Positions 10,654 through 18,461 of a stretch of 64,000 nucleotides of DNA are shown one piece after another. Origin of the DNA: an uncultured Gemmatimonadales bacterium. GTDB lineage: Bacteria > Gemmatimonadota > Gemmatimonadetes > Gemmatimonadales > GWC2-71-9. Location: the NCBI GenBank assembly GCA_963795085.1, contig CAWCFX010000006.1, positions 328,888-392,887 of the forward strand, in the 5' to 3' direction. Both the position numbers and the translations under genes were made by a program. Position 1 is the stretch's first letter; every line of letters starts with the position of its first letter. Under the pieces are notes generated by a model. That model made no database searches, was not told the origin of the DNA, and saw nothing but the letters and a program-made list of their open reading frames with translations.

Positions 10654-10689
10654 GACCGGGTCACCGGCCGCGCTCCACGAAACGAATCC

Positions 10690-11259
10690 TCAGAACTGGA
10701 CTTTGGGAACTTCCTCCGCTCCGGCCGTGGTCTCGAAATACTTCCGGGGCGCGCCATGGCCGAACATCTTGGCGGTCAGGTTATACGGAAACCGACGGAT
10801 ATAGGAGTTGAACGCCTCGACCGACGCATTGTAGTCCTGCCGGGCCACCGAGATCCGGTTCTCGGTCCCGGTCAGTTCATCCTGCAGCTGCAAGAAGTTC
10901 TGGTTGCTCTTGAGTTCGGGATAGGCCTCTGCGATGGCCAGGAGGCGGGACAACGGCGCCGTGAGGGCCGCGTTGGCCTCCGCCATCTCCTCGACACTCC
11001 CGGACTGGACCGCGCCGGCCAGCCGGCCGCGCGCCTCCGCCACCCGGATGAAAATGGTGGATTCCTGCTGGGCGAACCCCTTGACCGTCGCCACCAGGTT
11101 GGGAACCAGGTCGGCCCGGCGCTGCAACTGAGCCTTGATGTTGCCCTCGGCCTTGTTGACGTTCTCGTCCAGCGTCTGGATCGTGTTATAGCCGCAGCCG
11201 GTCGCGAGCAGCAGCACCATGGCCGTCAGCGGCAACCTGAACGATCGTGACCGTGTCAT
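10690..11259 (-). CDS. lemA: LemA family protein
   Basis: 189 aa; N-terminal anchor with lipobox-like LLATGC, then the typical LemA body (AQLQRRADLVPNLV, YNASVEAFNSYIRRFP). The ATGA junction overlaps the upstream gene's stop. Confidence 0.9.
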   Translation of the reverse strand: MTRSRSFRLPLTAMVLLLATGCGYNTIQTLDENVNKAEGNIKAQLQRRADLVPNLVATVKGFAQQESTIFIRVAEARGRLAGAVQSGSVEEMAEANAALTAPLSRLLAIAEAYPELKSNQNFLQLQDELTGTENRISVARQDYNASVEAFNSYIRRFPYNLTAKMFGHGAPRKYFETTAGAEEVPKVQF

Positions 11260-11975
11260 TCCTCAGCTCCCAGTTGAAGTTCGTCCACCTGCGTTACCGT
11301 CCGCTCGACGGCCGAAAGATAGCCCTCGAACCGCTCGCGCGGGCACTTCCACCCGGCGTCGGCCCGGTGTGCCGCGATCTCCTGCAGGATTTCGGCGTCG
11401 AAGCCGGCCACTTCGCCGGCCCGGGCCAGGACCTCCGCGAAGCTGGCGGGCACCGGGTGGCCGGTCAGGACCAGCAGGCCGCGATAGAGTACCGCAATGG
11501 TCGCGATGCTGTGGCGGGCGATGTCGCCCAGGCTCTGGGGATCCCGCTCGCTGGGAACGAAGGCCTGCCGCAGCCGGTTGAGTTTGCCCCGGAATTCGCG
11601 TTCCAGCGCCCGGCGCAGGTCGCTCCGGCGGGCCGACATCTCCGCCACGGGGTCAGCCCCCCGAAGGACCCGGTAGGCCGTCTTCATGTCCGTGATCTCC
11701 ACCGGGAACACGTCGCCGGCCCGGCGCCACTCGGCGCGCGTCATGAGCAGGGGGGGCGGTCGTTTCCGGCTGACCCACGCGGAGAAGGGCGGCTCCAGGC
11801 TGAGCAGCACCGCCGGGGCCAGGCTTTCCAGCACCAGCATGAGATTGATGTCCGAGAAGCCGGCGACGTGCTCGCCCCGCACCACCGATCCGTACAGTAC
11901 CGCGCTGTACCCGGGGCCCGCCGCCGCATCGATCTCCGCCAGGAACGGCTCCACCACTTCTGTCGTCAGGCTCAT
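11256..11975 (-). CDS. nucleotidyltransferase-domain protein (Pol-beta superfamily) with helical C-terminal domain; degenerate catalytic motif
   Basis: 239 aa. LYGSVVRGEHVAGFSDINLMLVL matches hG[GS]x9-13Dh[DE]h except that the second carboxylate is Asn. Start and stop overlap the TPM gene (1 nt) and lemA (4 nt). Confidence 0.62.
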   Translation of the reverse strand: MSLTTEVVEPFLAEIDAAAGPGYSAVLYGSVVRGEHVAGFSDINLMLVLESLAPAVLLSLEPPFSAWVSRKRPPPLLMTRAEWRRAGDVFPVEITDMKTAYRVLRGADPVAEMSARRSDLRRALEREFRGKLNRLRQAFVPSERDPQSLGDIARHSIATIAVLYRGLLVLTGHPVPASFAEVLARAGEVAGFDAEILQEIAAHRADAGWKCPRERFEGYLSAVERTVTQVDELQLGAEE

Positions 11976-12904
11976 CAGAAACGTCCTCCCGCGCCACCGC
12001 CGCTGAATCCTCCGCCACCCCCGAACCCGCCAAACCCGCCGCCGCCGCCGAACCCGCCACCACCCCAGCCCCCGCCCCCACGCCCCCCGCCGCCCATCCC
12101 TCCCCAGAATATCCCGGGGCCGAACAACCCGCCCCGCCGGCGCCGACCCCGCCCGCCCCGGCCTCCACCTCCCGACCGCAGGATCAGGATCACGATAATC
12201 AGGATGACCAGCGGCACCATCTGGCCGAGGGGATTGCGGTCGGCGGCGGGCCGCCGCGCCAACTCCGGAGCCGCAGCGGTGAGCGCCGAATCGGTGACCC
12301 CATATCCGGCAGCGATCAGCGCGGCCAGCGCCCGGACCCCTGTCAGCGCGGCTGGGCCATAGCGCTCCCCGACGAGGTCGGGGCGCATCAGTTCGCGCAC
12401 CTGTCCCGCCTGCCCGTCGGTGACCATCCCTTCGATCCCCTGCCCCGTCGCAATGAAGATGGCACCGGTCCCCGGCCGGCCACCCTGCCGAGGCACGATC
12501 AGCAGCACCACGCCGTTGTTACGGCGGGAGTCTCCCACCTCGGCCCGGGCTCCCACCCCCCAGGCCCGGCCGATTTGGAGCGCGACATCGCTCTCCGGAT
12601 AATCGCCGATGGTGGGAAGGGTGACCACGGCGATCTCGGCGCTGGTGGCGCTCCGCAACCGCCCGATCAGGTCGGTGGCAGCGGCCGCGGAGGCCGGATC
12701 GATAATACCGGCCACGTCGGTGACGAGACCGGCGGGACGGCCGGGGAACAGCCCAGTGATGCCGGAGCCCTGTCCCTGGGCCGGAAACGCCCCCGTCAGT
12801 TGTAGCAGCAGCAACAGCCCGATAGCTTTGGGCCACCCGGTGCGCCCGTGCCGGCATGGGCCTGGACTGACCTGCGAGATGACTGTGCCGAAGATCGCTC
12901 TCAT
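11975..12904 (-). CDS. TPM domain protein (YgcG-like) with Gly-rich C-terminal tail
   Basis: Signal-like segment, TPM body (GLVTDVAGIIDP...VVTLPTIGDY...VVLLIVPRQ), a TM segment, then a GGGRGG/GGFGG tail. Start chosen at ATG 12904; the listed longest ORF reaches 12982. Confidence 0.72.
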   Translation of the reverse strand: MRAIFGTVISQVSPGPCRHGRTGWPKAIGLLLLLQLTGAFPAQGQGSGITGLFPGRPAGLVTDVAGIIDPASAAAATDLIGRLRSATSAEIAVVTLPTIGDYPESDVALQIGRAWGVGARAEVGDSRRNNGVVLLIVPRQGGRPGTGAIFIATGQGIEGMVTDGQAGQVRELMRPDLVGERYGPAALTGVRALAALIAAGYGVTDSALTAAAPELARRPAADRNPLGQMVPLVILIIVILILRSGGGGRGGRGRRRRGGLFGPGIFWGGMGGGGRGGGGWGGGGFGGGGGFGGFGGGGGFSGGGAGGRF

Positions 12905-13616
12905 TGCACTCCTGCTGCTGGCCGCCTGCGAACAACCGGCCGTGACCGTTCGCGCCAGTGTGCCGCGGCTGGACGGCGGCACGGCGCCATTGCCGGACCT
13001 CGAACTGATTGCGCTGCCCTATGACCGGGACAGCGTGCTCGCCACGCTGGAGGCGAAGGCCTCTCCCCGGCCGCACACCAGGGAACTGGACAGCCTCTTT
13101 GCGCTCTGGCGGGATCCGTTCGTCCGCTTCGCCGCCGCCACCGGGAGGAGCCACCAGCTGCGAGATTCACTCGCCTCCCTCAAACAACAACTGGACTCCC
13201 TCCCGCGCAACTCGGCGGACTACACGGCGCGCTATCAGAGCTTCGGAAGGCTCACCGACACGCTCGCCGCCGTGACCGATTCCGGCGAAAAAGCCCGTCT
13301 CCAGCTCGATCGGCTCCGAAAGACCGTGCTCCCCGCGATCGACTCGCTGCGCCGAATCGTGACGGAGTGGGAAAATAGCACCTTCCGCGAGTATGAAGAC
13401 ATTGTGCGGCGGCTGGGCGAGCGGCGGGCCCCGATCGCGGCCCGCACCGGCCCGGCGGGCCAGGCGACGATCACGCTGGGCCCGGGAGACTGGTGGATCT
13501 ACGCCTGGGCCTGGGACGAGGGCGATCCCTACTCCCGCTGGTACTGGAATGTGCCGGTGCGGGGAGACGATGTGGTGCTGGACGGGACGACCGGGAGAAA
13601 AAGACCGCAGTACTGA
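12879..13616 (+). CDS. hypothetical lipoprotein
   Basis: Internal ATG at 12879 gives MTVPKIALIALLLLAAC|EQ, a classic lipoprotein signal. The longer listed ORF (12609) runs antisense through the TPM gene. No family recognised. Confidence 0.62.
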   Translation: MTVPKIALIALLLLAACEQPAVTVRASVPRLDGGTAPLPDLELIALPYDRDSVLATLEAKASPRPHTRELDSLFALWRDPFVRFAAATGRSHQLRDSLASLKQQLDSLPRNSADYTARYQSFGRLTDTLAAVTDSGEKARLQLDRLRKTVLPAIDSLRRIVTEWENSTFREYEDIVRRLGERRAPIAARTGPAGQATITLGPGDWWIYAWAWDEGDPYSRWYWNVPVRGDDVVLDGTTGRKRPQY

Positions 13617-13619
13617 GAA

Positions 13620-13682
13620 GTGCAGCGTGCAGAGTGCAGCGTGCAGCGTGCAGGGTGCAGAGTGCAGCGTGCAGCGTGCAGC
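13620..13682 (+). repeat. tandem heptamer array (GTGCAGN)x9
   Basis: Read directly: gtgcagc gtgcaga gtgcagc gtgcagc gtgcagg gtgcaga gtgcagc gtgcagc gtgcagc, starting 4 nt after the lipoprotein stop. Confidence 0.9.
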
Positions 13683-13712
13683 GTGGATCCAGGATAATGG
13701 GGGAGGGAACCA

Positions 13713-14378
13713 ATGTCTCGAGTATTTGTGTTTTCCGCGTCGGCGGTGGTGCTGGCTGGGGTTTTTCTGCTGACCCGGCCCGGCGCCGGCACGCCGGGGG
13801 TGCCGGACAGTGTGGCTACGGGGGACACCCTGGACCTCTTGATCGCCCAGCGCAGCAAGGGATCGCCGGCGGCACCGATCGCGGTGTTCGAGATGTCCGA
13901 TTTCCAATGCCCTTTCTGCCGCCGGCATGCGCTGGAGACCTTTCCCGACCTGGACCGGCGCTATATCCAGACCGGCAAGGTCCGGTGGACCTTCGTCAAC
14001 TTTCCCATCCCCGAGATTCACCCCAATGCTACGGCCGCGGCGGAGTTCAGCATGTGCGCCGCGAAGATTGGCAAGTTCTGGCCGGTGCACGACCTGATTT
14101 TTGAGCACCAGGATGCCTGGAAGTCGCTGGGAGACCCGGGGCCCTTCCTCATCGGGCTGGCTGACTCGGCCGGCATCCGGCGGGGGGATATCCTGCCCTG
14201 CCTGGAGAATGGAGAAACGCGGGAATTGGTCCGGACCGAGGCGGAGGAGGTGGCGCGGGTGGGGATTCAGAGCACCCCCACCTTCGTGATCGAAGGGAAA
14301 CTGCTCCGCGGCGCGGCGCCGCTGGAGGTCTTTACCGCGATCTTTGATTCGATCTACGCGGCCCGGACCGGGGACTGA
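13713..14378 (+). CDS. DsbA-family thiol:disulfide oxidoreductase (thioredoxin fold)
   Basis: N-terminal TM/signal segment and a CPFC active site in the context FEMSDFQCPFCRRH; 221 aa. Confidence 0.8.
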   Translation: MSRVFVFSASAVVLAGVFLLTRPGAGTPGVPDSVATGDTLDLLIAQRSKGSPAAPIAVFEMSDFQCPFCRRHALETFPDLDRRYIQTGKVRWTFVNFPIPEIHPNATAAAEFSMCAAKIGKFWPVHDLIFEHQDAWKSLGDPGPFLIGLADSAGIRRGDILPCLENGETRELVRTEAEEVARVGIQSTPTFVIEGKLLRGAAPLEVFTAIFDSIYAARTGD

Positions 14379-14381
14379 CGC

Positions 14382-14627
14382 TCAGCTGGGACGTTCTTCG
14401 TGAACCAGGTGACTGCGCTGCTCGATCATCAGTTCAAGACCCGCCACGATCACCGAGCACAGCTGCGCCTGGGTTACGCCGCCACTGATGGAAAGAAACT
14501 CATCCAGGGGACGGCCCGCCCGCAGGTGCCCCACCAGGCTGGCGATGGGGATACGGGTGCCCCGGATGACTGGAATGCCGTCGATGATTCCTGATGTCCG
14601 CAGGTTGGTGAGTTCGTCCTGTGTCAT
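14382..14627 (-). CDS. DUF433 domain protein
   Basis: GIPVIRGTRIPIASLVGHLRAGRPLDEFL is the DUF433 core. Start taken at ATG 14627, preceded by GGAGG 7 nt upstream; the listed ORF extends to 14675. Confidence 0.7.
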   Translation of the reverse strand: MTQDELTNLRTSGIIDGIPVIRGTRIPIASLVGHLRAGRPLDEFLSISGGVTQAQLCSVIVAGLELMIEQRSHLVHEERPS

Positions 14628-14731
14628 AGCGCGCCTCCGCCAGTCGGGTATGCCGGTGACCGGGTTCCCCTGCAATAGGGGGCACCGGACCCGTCATGGC
14701 AAGACCGTGGCGGCGGGGGGCCGCCGTGGCG

Positions 14732-15490
14732 TCATCGCAGGGATAGAAACACGTCGTACAGCGCGTGAGTCCAGGCGGCGATGCCGAACCCGCGCAGCAG
14801 GTAGAGCCCGCTGAACAGCACCCCCGCGATAGCCCGGAAGGTGAAGGAGTTGAGCTCCAGCGGGTCGCCGTAGGGGCCGATATAGTGAAACGCCGAGAAG
14901 ACCAGCGCGCCCACCACCGTCGCGACGATGCCCGCCACCACCGGTTTCCAGCCCAGCAGCAATCCCGCCCTGGCCAGCGCCGCTACCAGCAGGACCCGGA
15001 ACAGGAGTTCCTCGTAGAGTCCCGCCCCCAGGGAGATCATCAACTGCGTCGGCAGGTTCATCCGCTCGATCGCGGTCTGGGACGCCACAGTATAGAGCGT
15101 GCCGTGCAGCAGCAGGGAGGTCAGCGACGCCGCCACAAAGCCGAAGAGCAGGGCGTAGATGCTGGACTCCGCCAGCATGCCGAGGAAGAGCCGGGGCGAC
15201 AGTTCCCGGCCCGCGCGCTTCCAGTCCCGGTAGGCCAGCACCAGCAGCGTCCCTACCAGGAGAACTCCGAACGCCACGACACCCCGCCGGCCACCCATGG
15301 CGATGAACACGCTCTTCATCAGCACGTCGGCCCCGTTCCGAACGCCGGCGATGGCGTCGCCCGAGAGCGCGAAGGCGAGCACCTCGTAGAGCAGGAGCAG
15401 GGGGATGGCGAAGAGGAGACTGTACCGGGGGGCCCGGGTGAGGGACCAGTAACGGGGAGCGGGAGGCATTGATGGAGGATAAGGGGGCAA
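14732..15490 (-). CDS. CPBP family intramembrane glutamic endopeptidase (CAAX protease/Abi)
   Basis: Multi-TM protein with EELLFR and FSAFH motifs. The start is either TTG 15490 or ATG 15469. Confidence 0.8.
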   Translation of the reverse strand: MPPYPPSMPPAPRYWSLTRAPRYSLLFAIPLLLLYEVLAFALSGDAIAGVRNGADVLMKSVFIAMGGRRGVVAFGVLLVGTLLVLAYRDWKRAGRELSPRLFLGMLAESSIYALLFGFVAASLTSLLLHGTLYTVASQTAIERMNLPTQLMISLGAGLYEELLFRVLLVAALARAGLLLGWKPVVAGIVATVVGALVFSAFHYIGPYGDPLELNSFTFRAIAGVLFSGLYLLRGFGIAAWTHALYDVFLSLR

Positions 15491-15512
15491 GGGGGCACGC
15501 GGGCAAGGGGCC
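15481..15512 (+). repeat. short array of octamer AAGGGGGC (about 4 degenerate units)
   Basis: aagggggc aagggggc acgcgggc aaggggcc. Same unit family as 37594-37609 and 56862-56925. Confidence 0.6.
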
Positions 15513-15599
15513 CGCAGCCCGTGGGTCTGGGGCTAGGCTTTTCGCCGATTGATCTCCTCGCCCGAATCTGGTACTTTCTCTGCGAAGTCAGATTTCTGC

Positions 15600-15785
15600 C
15601 CTATGTTCCACCTTTTGCGAAGGAGGTGATCCATTGTCTAGTGAGAGTTGCATCGCAGGCTCGAATCGGGCAAACGGTCGCCTGGTAACGCGCTAACCGA
15701 TACGAAGCGCAATCGAGAGCGACGCGTTTTCGAGCTCGATGCCAACAGAAGGCGCCATTCACCTCCGGGTGGGTGGCGCCTTTCA
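15600..15785 (+). ncRNA. candidate structured leader or small RNA: perfect anti-SD complement, 20-codon mini-ORF and terminal hairpin; identity unknown
   Basis: Lower-GC pocket. AAGGAGGTGATCC at 15620-15632 is a 13-nt perfect complement of the 16S 3' tail. TTG at 15634 opens a 20-codon ORF (to TAA 15694-15696). Nested stems: GTCGC/GCGAC and GCGCT/AGCGC. A 9-bp stem AAGGCGCCA...TGGCGCCTT at 15749-15782 is followed by TC. Confidence 0.25.
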
Positions 15786-15844
15786 CTTCCCCCCAGCCAA
15801 CCGGCCCCCTTGCCCCCACTTCCCGTCCCGGCCACCATTCCCCC

Positions 15845-17140
15845 ATGCGCCCCTCGTTGCTCTACCGTGCCGGCCTGGCGCTCTCCCGGCCGCTGATCCC
15901 GCTGGCCGGGCTGCTGAGCGCCAAGATCGCACGGGGCCACCGGGCCCGGGCCGGGGCGCTTGGGCGGATGGAGACATGGGGCCGCACCCAGCGCGACCCG
16001 TCTCGCCCCCTGGTCTGGTTTCATGCCCCCTCGGTGGGCGAGGGACTGCAGGCGCGCAGCGTCCTGAGCCGGGTCCGGCTGCGGCATCCCGAGTGGCAGA
16101 CGGTGTACACCCATTTCAGCCCCTCGGCCGAGCGATTCGCCGAGGGCATCGGCGCGGACCTCGCCGATTACCTGCCCTACGACGGCATGTCCGCCGCCCG
16201 CCGCCTGCTGGAGTCGCTGCGGCCCACCGTCCTGGTGTTCACCAAGCTCGACCTGTGGCCGGAACTCGCCACCGCCGCCCGGAACCGCGGGGTGAAGGTG
16301 GTGCTCGTCGCGGGCACCGTGCGGCCGAAAAGCAGCCGGCTGCGCTGGCCGGCCCGGCGGCTCATCCGGCCCGGGTATCGAGCGCTCGATGCGGCCCTGG
16401 CCATCGCGGAGGCCGATGCCAAACGGCTGGTGACGCTGGGGGTGCCGTCCGGGGCGGTGAAAGTGGTGGGCGACCCCCGCTTCGACAGCGTCCTCGACGT
16501 GGTCCGGTCGGTCCCCCCCGATGACCCGATGAAACGGTTCGGGAGAGATGCCGTGACCCTGGTCGCCGGCTCGACCTGGCCGGGCGATGAGGCCGTCCTC
16601 CTCGATGCCTATGCCCGGCTCCGGGTGCACCGGCCGGATGCGCGCCTCATCCTGGTCCCTCACGAGCCGACCACCGCTCACCTGAGCGGGATCGACCGCA
16701 TGGCCAACCGGGCCGGCCTGCCGGCACCGGTACGGTTGAGCTCGGCGGGCGGACCGGTCCCCTTCCTGGTGGTGGACCAGGTCGGATCCCTGGCCCGCCT
16801 CTATGGCGGCGGGGCGATGGCATACGTGGGCGGCGGGTTCCACGGCCAGGGGCTCCATTCGGTGCTGGAACCCTCGGCGTGGGGCATTCCCTCGGTGTTC
16901 GGCCCGCGATGGACGGAAAGCCGGGATGCTTCGCTACTGCTGGAAGCCGGTGGGGCGGAAGCGCTGGCGGAACTGGGGAACTACGAAGCGGCGGAGGCCC
17001 TGCAGGCCCTCTGGGAGGACTGGATCATCAATGAGGTCCGGCGCAAGGCCCAGGGCCGGAAAGCGCTGGCGGTGGTGCAGAGCGGCGCCGGTGCCGCCGA
17101 CCGCTCCGCCGACCTGATCGAGGAGGTCATGCGCCACTAA
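15845..17140 (+). CDS. waaA: 3-deoxy-D-manno-octulosonic acid (Kdo) transferase
   Basis: LVWFHAPSVGEGLQA and overall WaaA/KdtA architecture. Start chosen at ATG 15845 (MRPSLLYRAG); the listed ORF starts at 15773. Confidence 0.9.
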   Translation: MRPSLLYRAGLALSRPLIPLAGLLSAKIARGHRARAGALGRMETWGRTQRDPSRPLVWFHAPSVGEGLQARSVLSRVRLRHPEWQTVYTHFSPSAERFAEGIGADLADYLPYDGMSAARRLLESLRPTVLVFTKLDLWPELATAARNRGVKVVLVAGTVRPKSSRLRWPARRLIRPGYRALDAALAIAEADAKRLVTLGVPSGAVKVVGDPRFDSVLDVVRSVPPDDPMKRFGRDAVTLVAGSTWPGDEAVLLDAYARLRVHRPDARLILVPHEPTTAHLSGIDRMANRAGLPAPVRLSSAGGPVPFLVVDQVGSLARLYGGGAMAYVGGGFHGQGLHSVLEPSAWGIPSVFGPRWTESRDASLLLEAGGAEALAELGNYEAAEALQALWEDWIINEVRRKAQGRKALAVVQSGAGAADRSADLIEEVMRH

Positions 17141-17150
17141 CCCCCCTCAG

Positions 17151-17178
17151 TTCTCACCTCTCACTTCTCACTGCTCAC
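17151..17178 (+). repeat. heptamer array (NNCTCAC)x4, the reverse complement of the GTGAGNN family
   Basis: ttctcac ctctcac ttctcac tgctcac, lying between the convergent stops of waaA and the lipoprotein gene. Confidence 0.7.
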
Positions 17179-17565
17179 CTACTGCACTGCGACTCCCTCG
17201 ATCGACACGCTCCTCGGTACCACCAATCCCGCCGTCAGCGCCGTGATCAGGAGGTCGCTCCACCGGCTGCGGATCCTGATCCGTACGTCGGCCAGCGCCG
17301 ACCGGCCGACCAGCTGCGAGGCCAGGATCCTGTCCACCGCGGGCTTCTTCAGACTGGCCAGGCCCCAGAGTCCGAACACGGCGTGGGTATTGACGGTGAA
17401 GGCCTCGCCCACGGGACGCTGCCCCGCCGTTGAGGAGAGCGTCACCGGGACGCCTAACGATGTGGCATCAATGGTGGTCGAACAACCGCCCAGCAGCAGG
17501 GTCGCGGCCAGGTACAGCGCAGGGGCCGGAGAGCTGGTGCTTCCGGCCCGGAAGAGGCGTCGCAT
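17179..17565 (-). CDS. small lipoprotein (tentatively Bor-family-like)
   Basis: Internal ATG 17565 gives MRRLFRAGSTSSPAPALYLAATLLLGGC|S (lipobox); 128 aa. The tail FGLWGL...LITALTAGLVVPRSVSIEG resembles Bor lipoproteins (from memory). The upstream part of the listed 271-aa ORF overlaps the next gene. Confidence 0.55.
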   Translation of the reverse strand: MRRLFRAGSTSSPAPALYLAATLLLGGCSTTIDATSLGVPVTLSSTAGQRPVGEAFTVNTHAVFGLWGLASLKKPAVDRILASQLVGRSALADVRIRIRSRWSDLLITALTAGLVVPRSVSIEGVAVQ

Positions 17566-17576
17566 GGAGTCCAGGG

Positions 17577-18221
17577 TCAGAGTCCGGGAAGGTTGAGGCC
17601 GTAATGCACGCCGATGCCAAAGACGCTGACGCTGCTGCCCTCGGACCTGACAACATCGTAGGCGGCATGAAAGCCCAGCCCGCTCAGCAGGTTCAGTTCG
17701 ACCCCGCCACTGATTCCGAATTCGGAATCCGTCTCGGCGTCGATCCCGGTGCCCGACACACGGGCGATATCGATGCGCGGGGCAATCCAGGGCTTGATCC
17801 CGATGAGGGTCGTGGGGATCCGTGCCGAGAAGCTCACCCCGATGGGGAACCGCCAGAGGGAGAGGTCGGAGATCTTGGTCCGGGAGGCTCCCGCCTGGGC
17901 CGTCACCGCGAAGGGGATGAGGGGTCCCCCAAAGAGCTTGAGATTGGCGGTGCCCCCGACAGAGGTCAGGCCGTCGAAGCCATCGGGCGTCCACCGCGAC
18001 ACGCTGGCCGTCACGCCCAGCGGGCCCAGGCCCACCTTGCCTGTTGCGCCGAACGCCGTGCCGCCGCCCGCCTCGTCGTTAGGAAACCCGACGTCACCAG
18101 CGATGGTGAGGCCGGTCGAGACCCCGCTGTTGATGACCGGGAGCCCTGGATTCTGGGCCCGGGCGGTGACGCTGTATCCCAGGACCAGCGCACCAAGGAC
18201 GACGAGGTGGGAACGACCCAT
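17577..18221 (-). CDS. outer-membrane beta-barrel protein (OmpA-like barrel/porin family)
   Basis: Signal peptide ending ARAQN, alternating beta-strand pattern, and the aromatic-containing C-terminal strand GIGVHYGLNLPGL. Confidence 0.7.
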   Translation of the reverse strand: MGRSHLVVLGALVLGYSVTARAQNPGLPVINSGVSTGLTIAGDVGFPNDEAGGGTAFGATGKVGLGPLGVTASVSRWTPDGFDGLTSVGGTANLKLFGGPLIPFAVTAQAGASRTKISDLSLWRFPIGVSFSARIPTTLIGIKPWIAPRIDIARVSGTGIDAETDSEFGISGGVELNLLSGLGFHAAYDVVRSEGSSVSVFGIGVHYGLNLPGL

Positions 18222-18261
18222 GCTACCTCCGGGAGGATAGGGAATTGGCTGGGGGAATGTA

Positions 18262-18450
18262 AACGATTGAGGGAATTGAGGGAATGTTGAAATTGAGGGA
18301 ATTGAGGGAATGGGGAAATTGAGGGAATTGAGGGAATGGGGGAATTGAGGGAATTGAGGGAATGGGGGAATTGAGGGAATTGAGGGAATTGGGGTAGTTT
18401 CAATTCCAACATTCCCTCAATTCCCCCATTCCCTCATTTATTCCAACCTT
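18262..18450 (+). repeat. tandem approx. 10-mer array (GGGAATTGAG family) followed by inverted copies; forms a long imperfect hairpin
   Basis: Forward units attgagggaa/tgggg run from 18266 to about 18390, then a loop, then ttccctcaat-type units at 18411-18450. Confidence 0.9.
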
Positions 18451-18461
18451 CCCTCAATTTA

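Noticed and set aside
11247-12362. 371-aa plus-strand ORF with a poly-proline tract (PPPPNPPNPPPPPNPPPPQPPPP).
   Set aside because: It is the antisense reading of the Gly-rich tail of the TPM protein and of the NTase gene. The minus-strand genes have recognisable domains and coupled start/stop junctions.
14382-14675. DUF433 gene as half of a toxin-antitoxin pair.
   Set aside because: No PIN-like/DUF5615 partner ORF is adjacent on either side; the neighbours are a DsbA-like gene and a CPBP protease. It is left as an orphan DUF433 gene.
15620-15632. GGATCACCTCCTT on the minus strand as a remnant of a 16S rRNA 3' end.
   Set aside because: Only 13 nt match. The flanking sequence does not resemble helix 45 or the 16S terminus, and no other rRNA sequence is nearby. 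It is treated instead as an SD-like element on the + strand.
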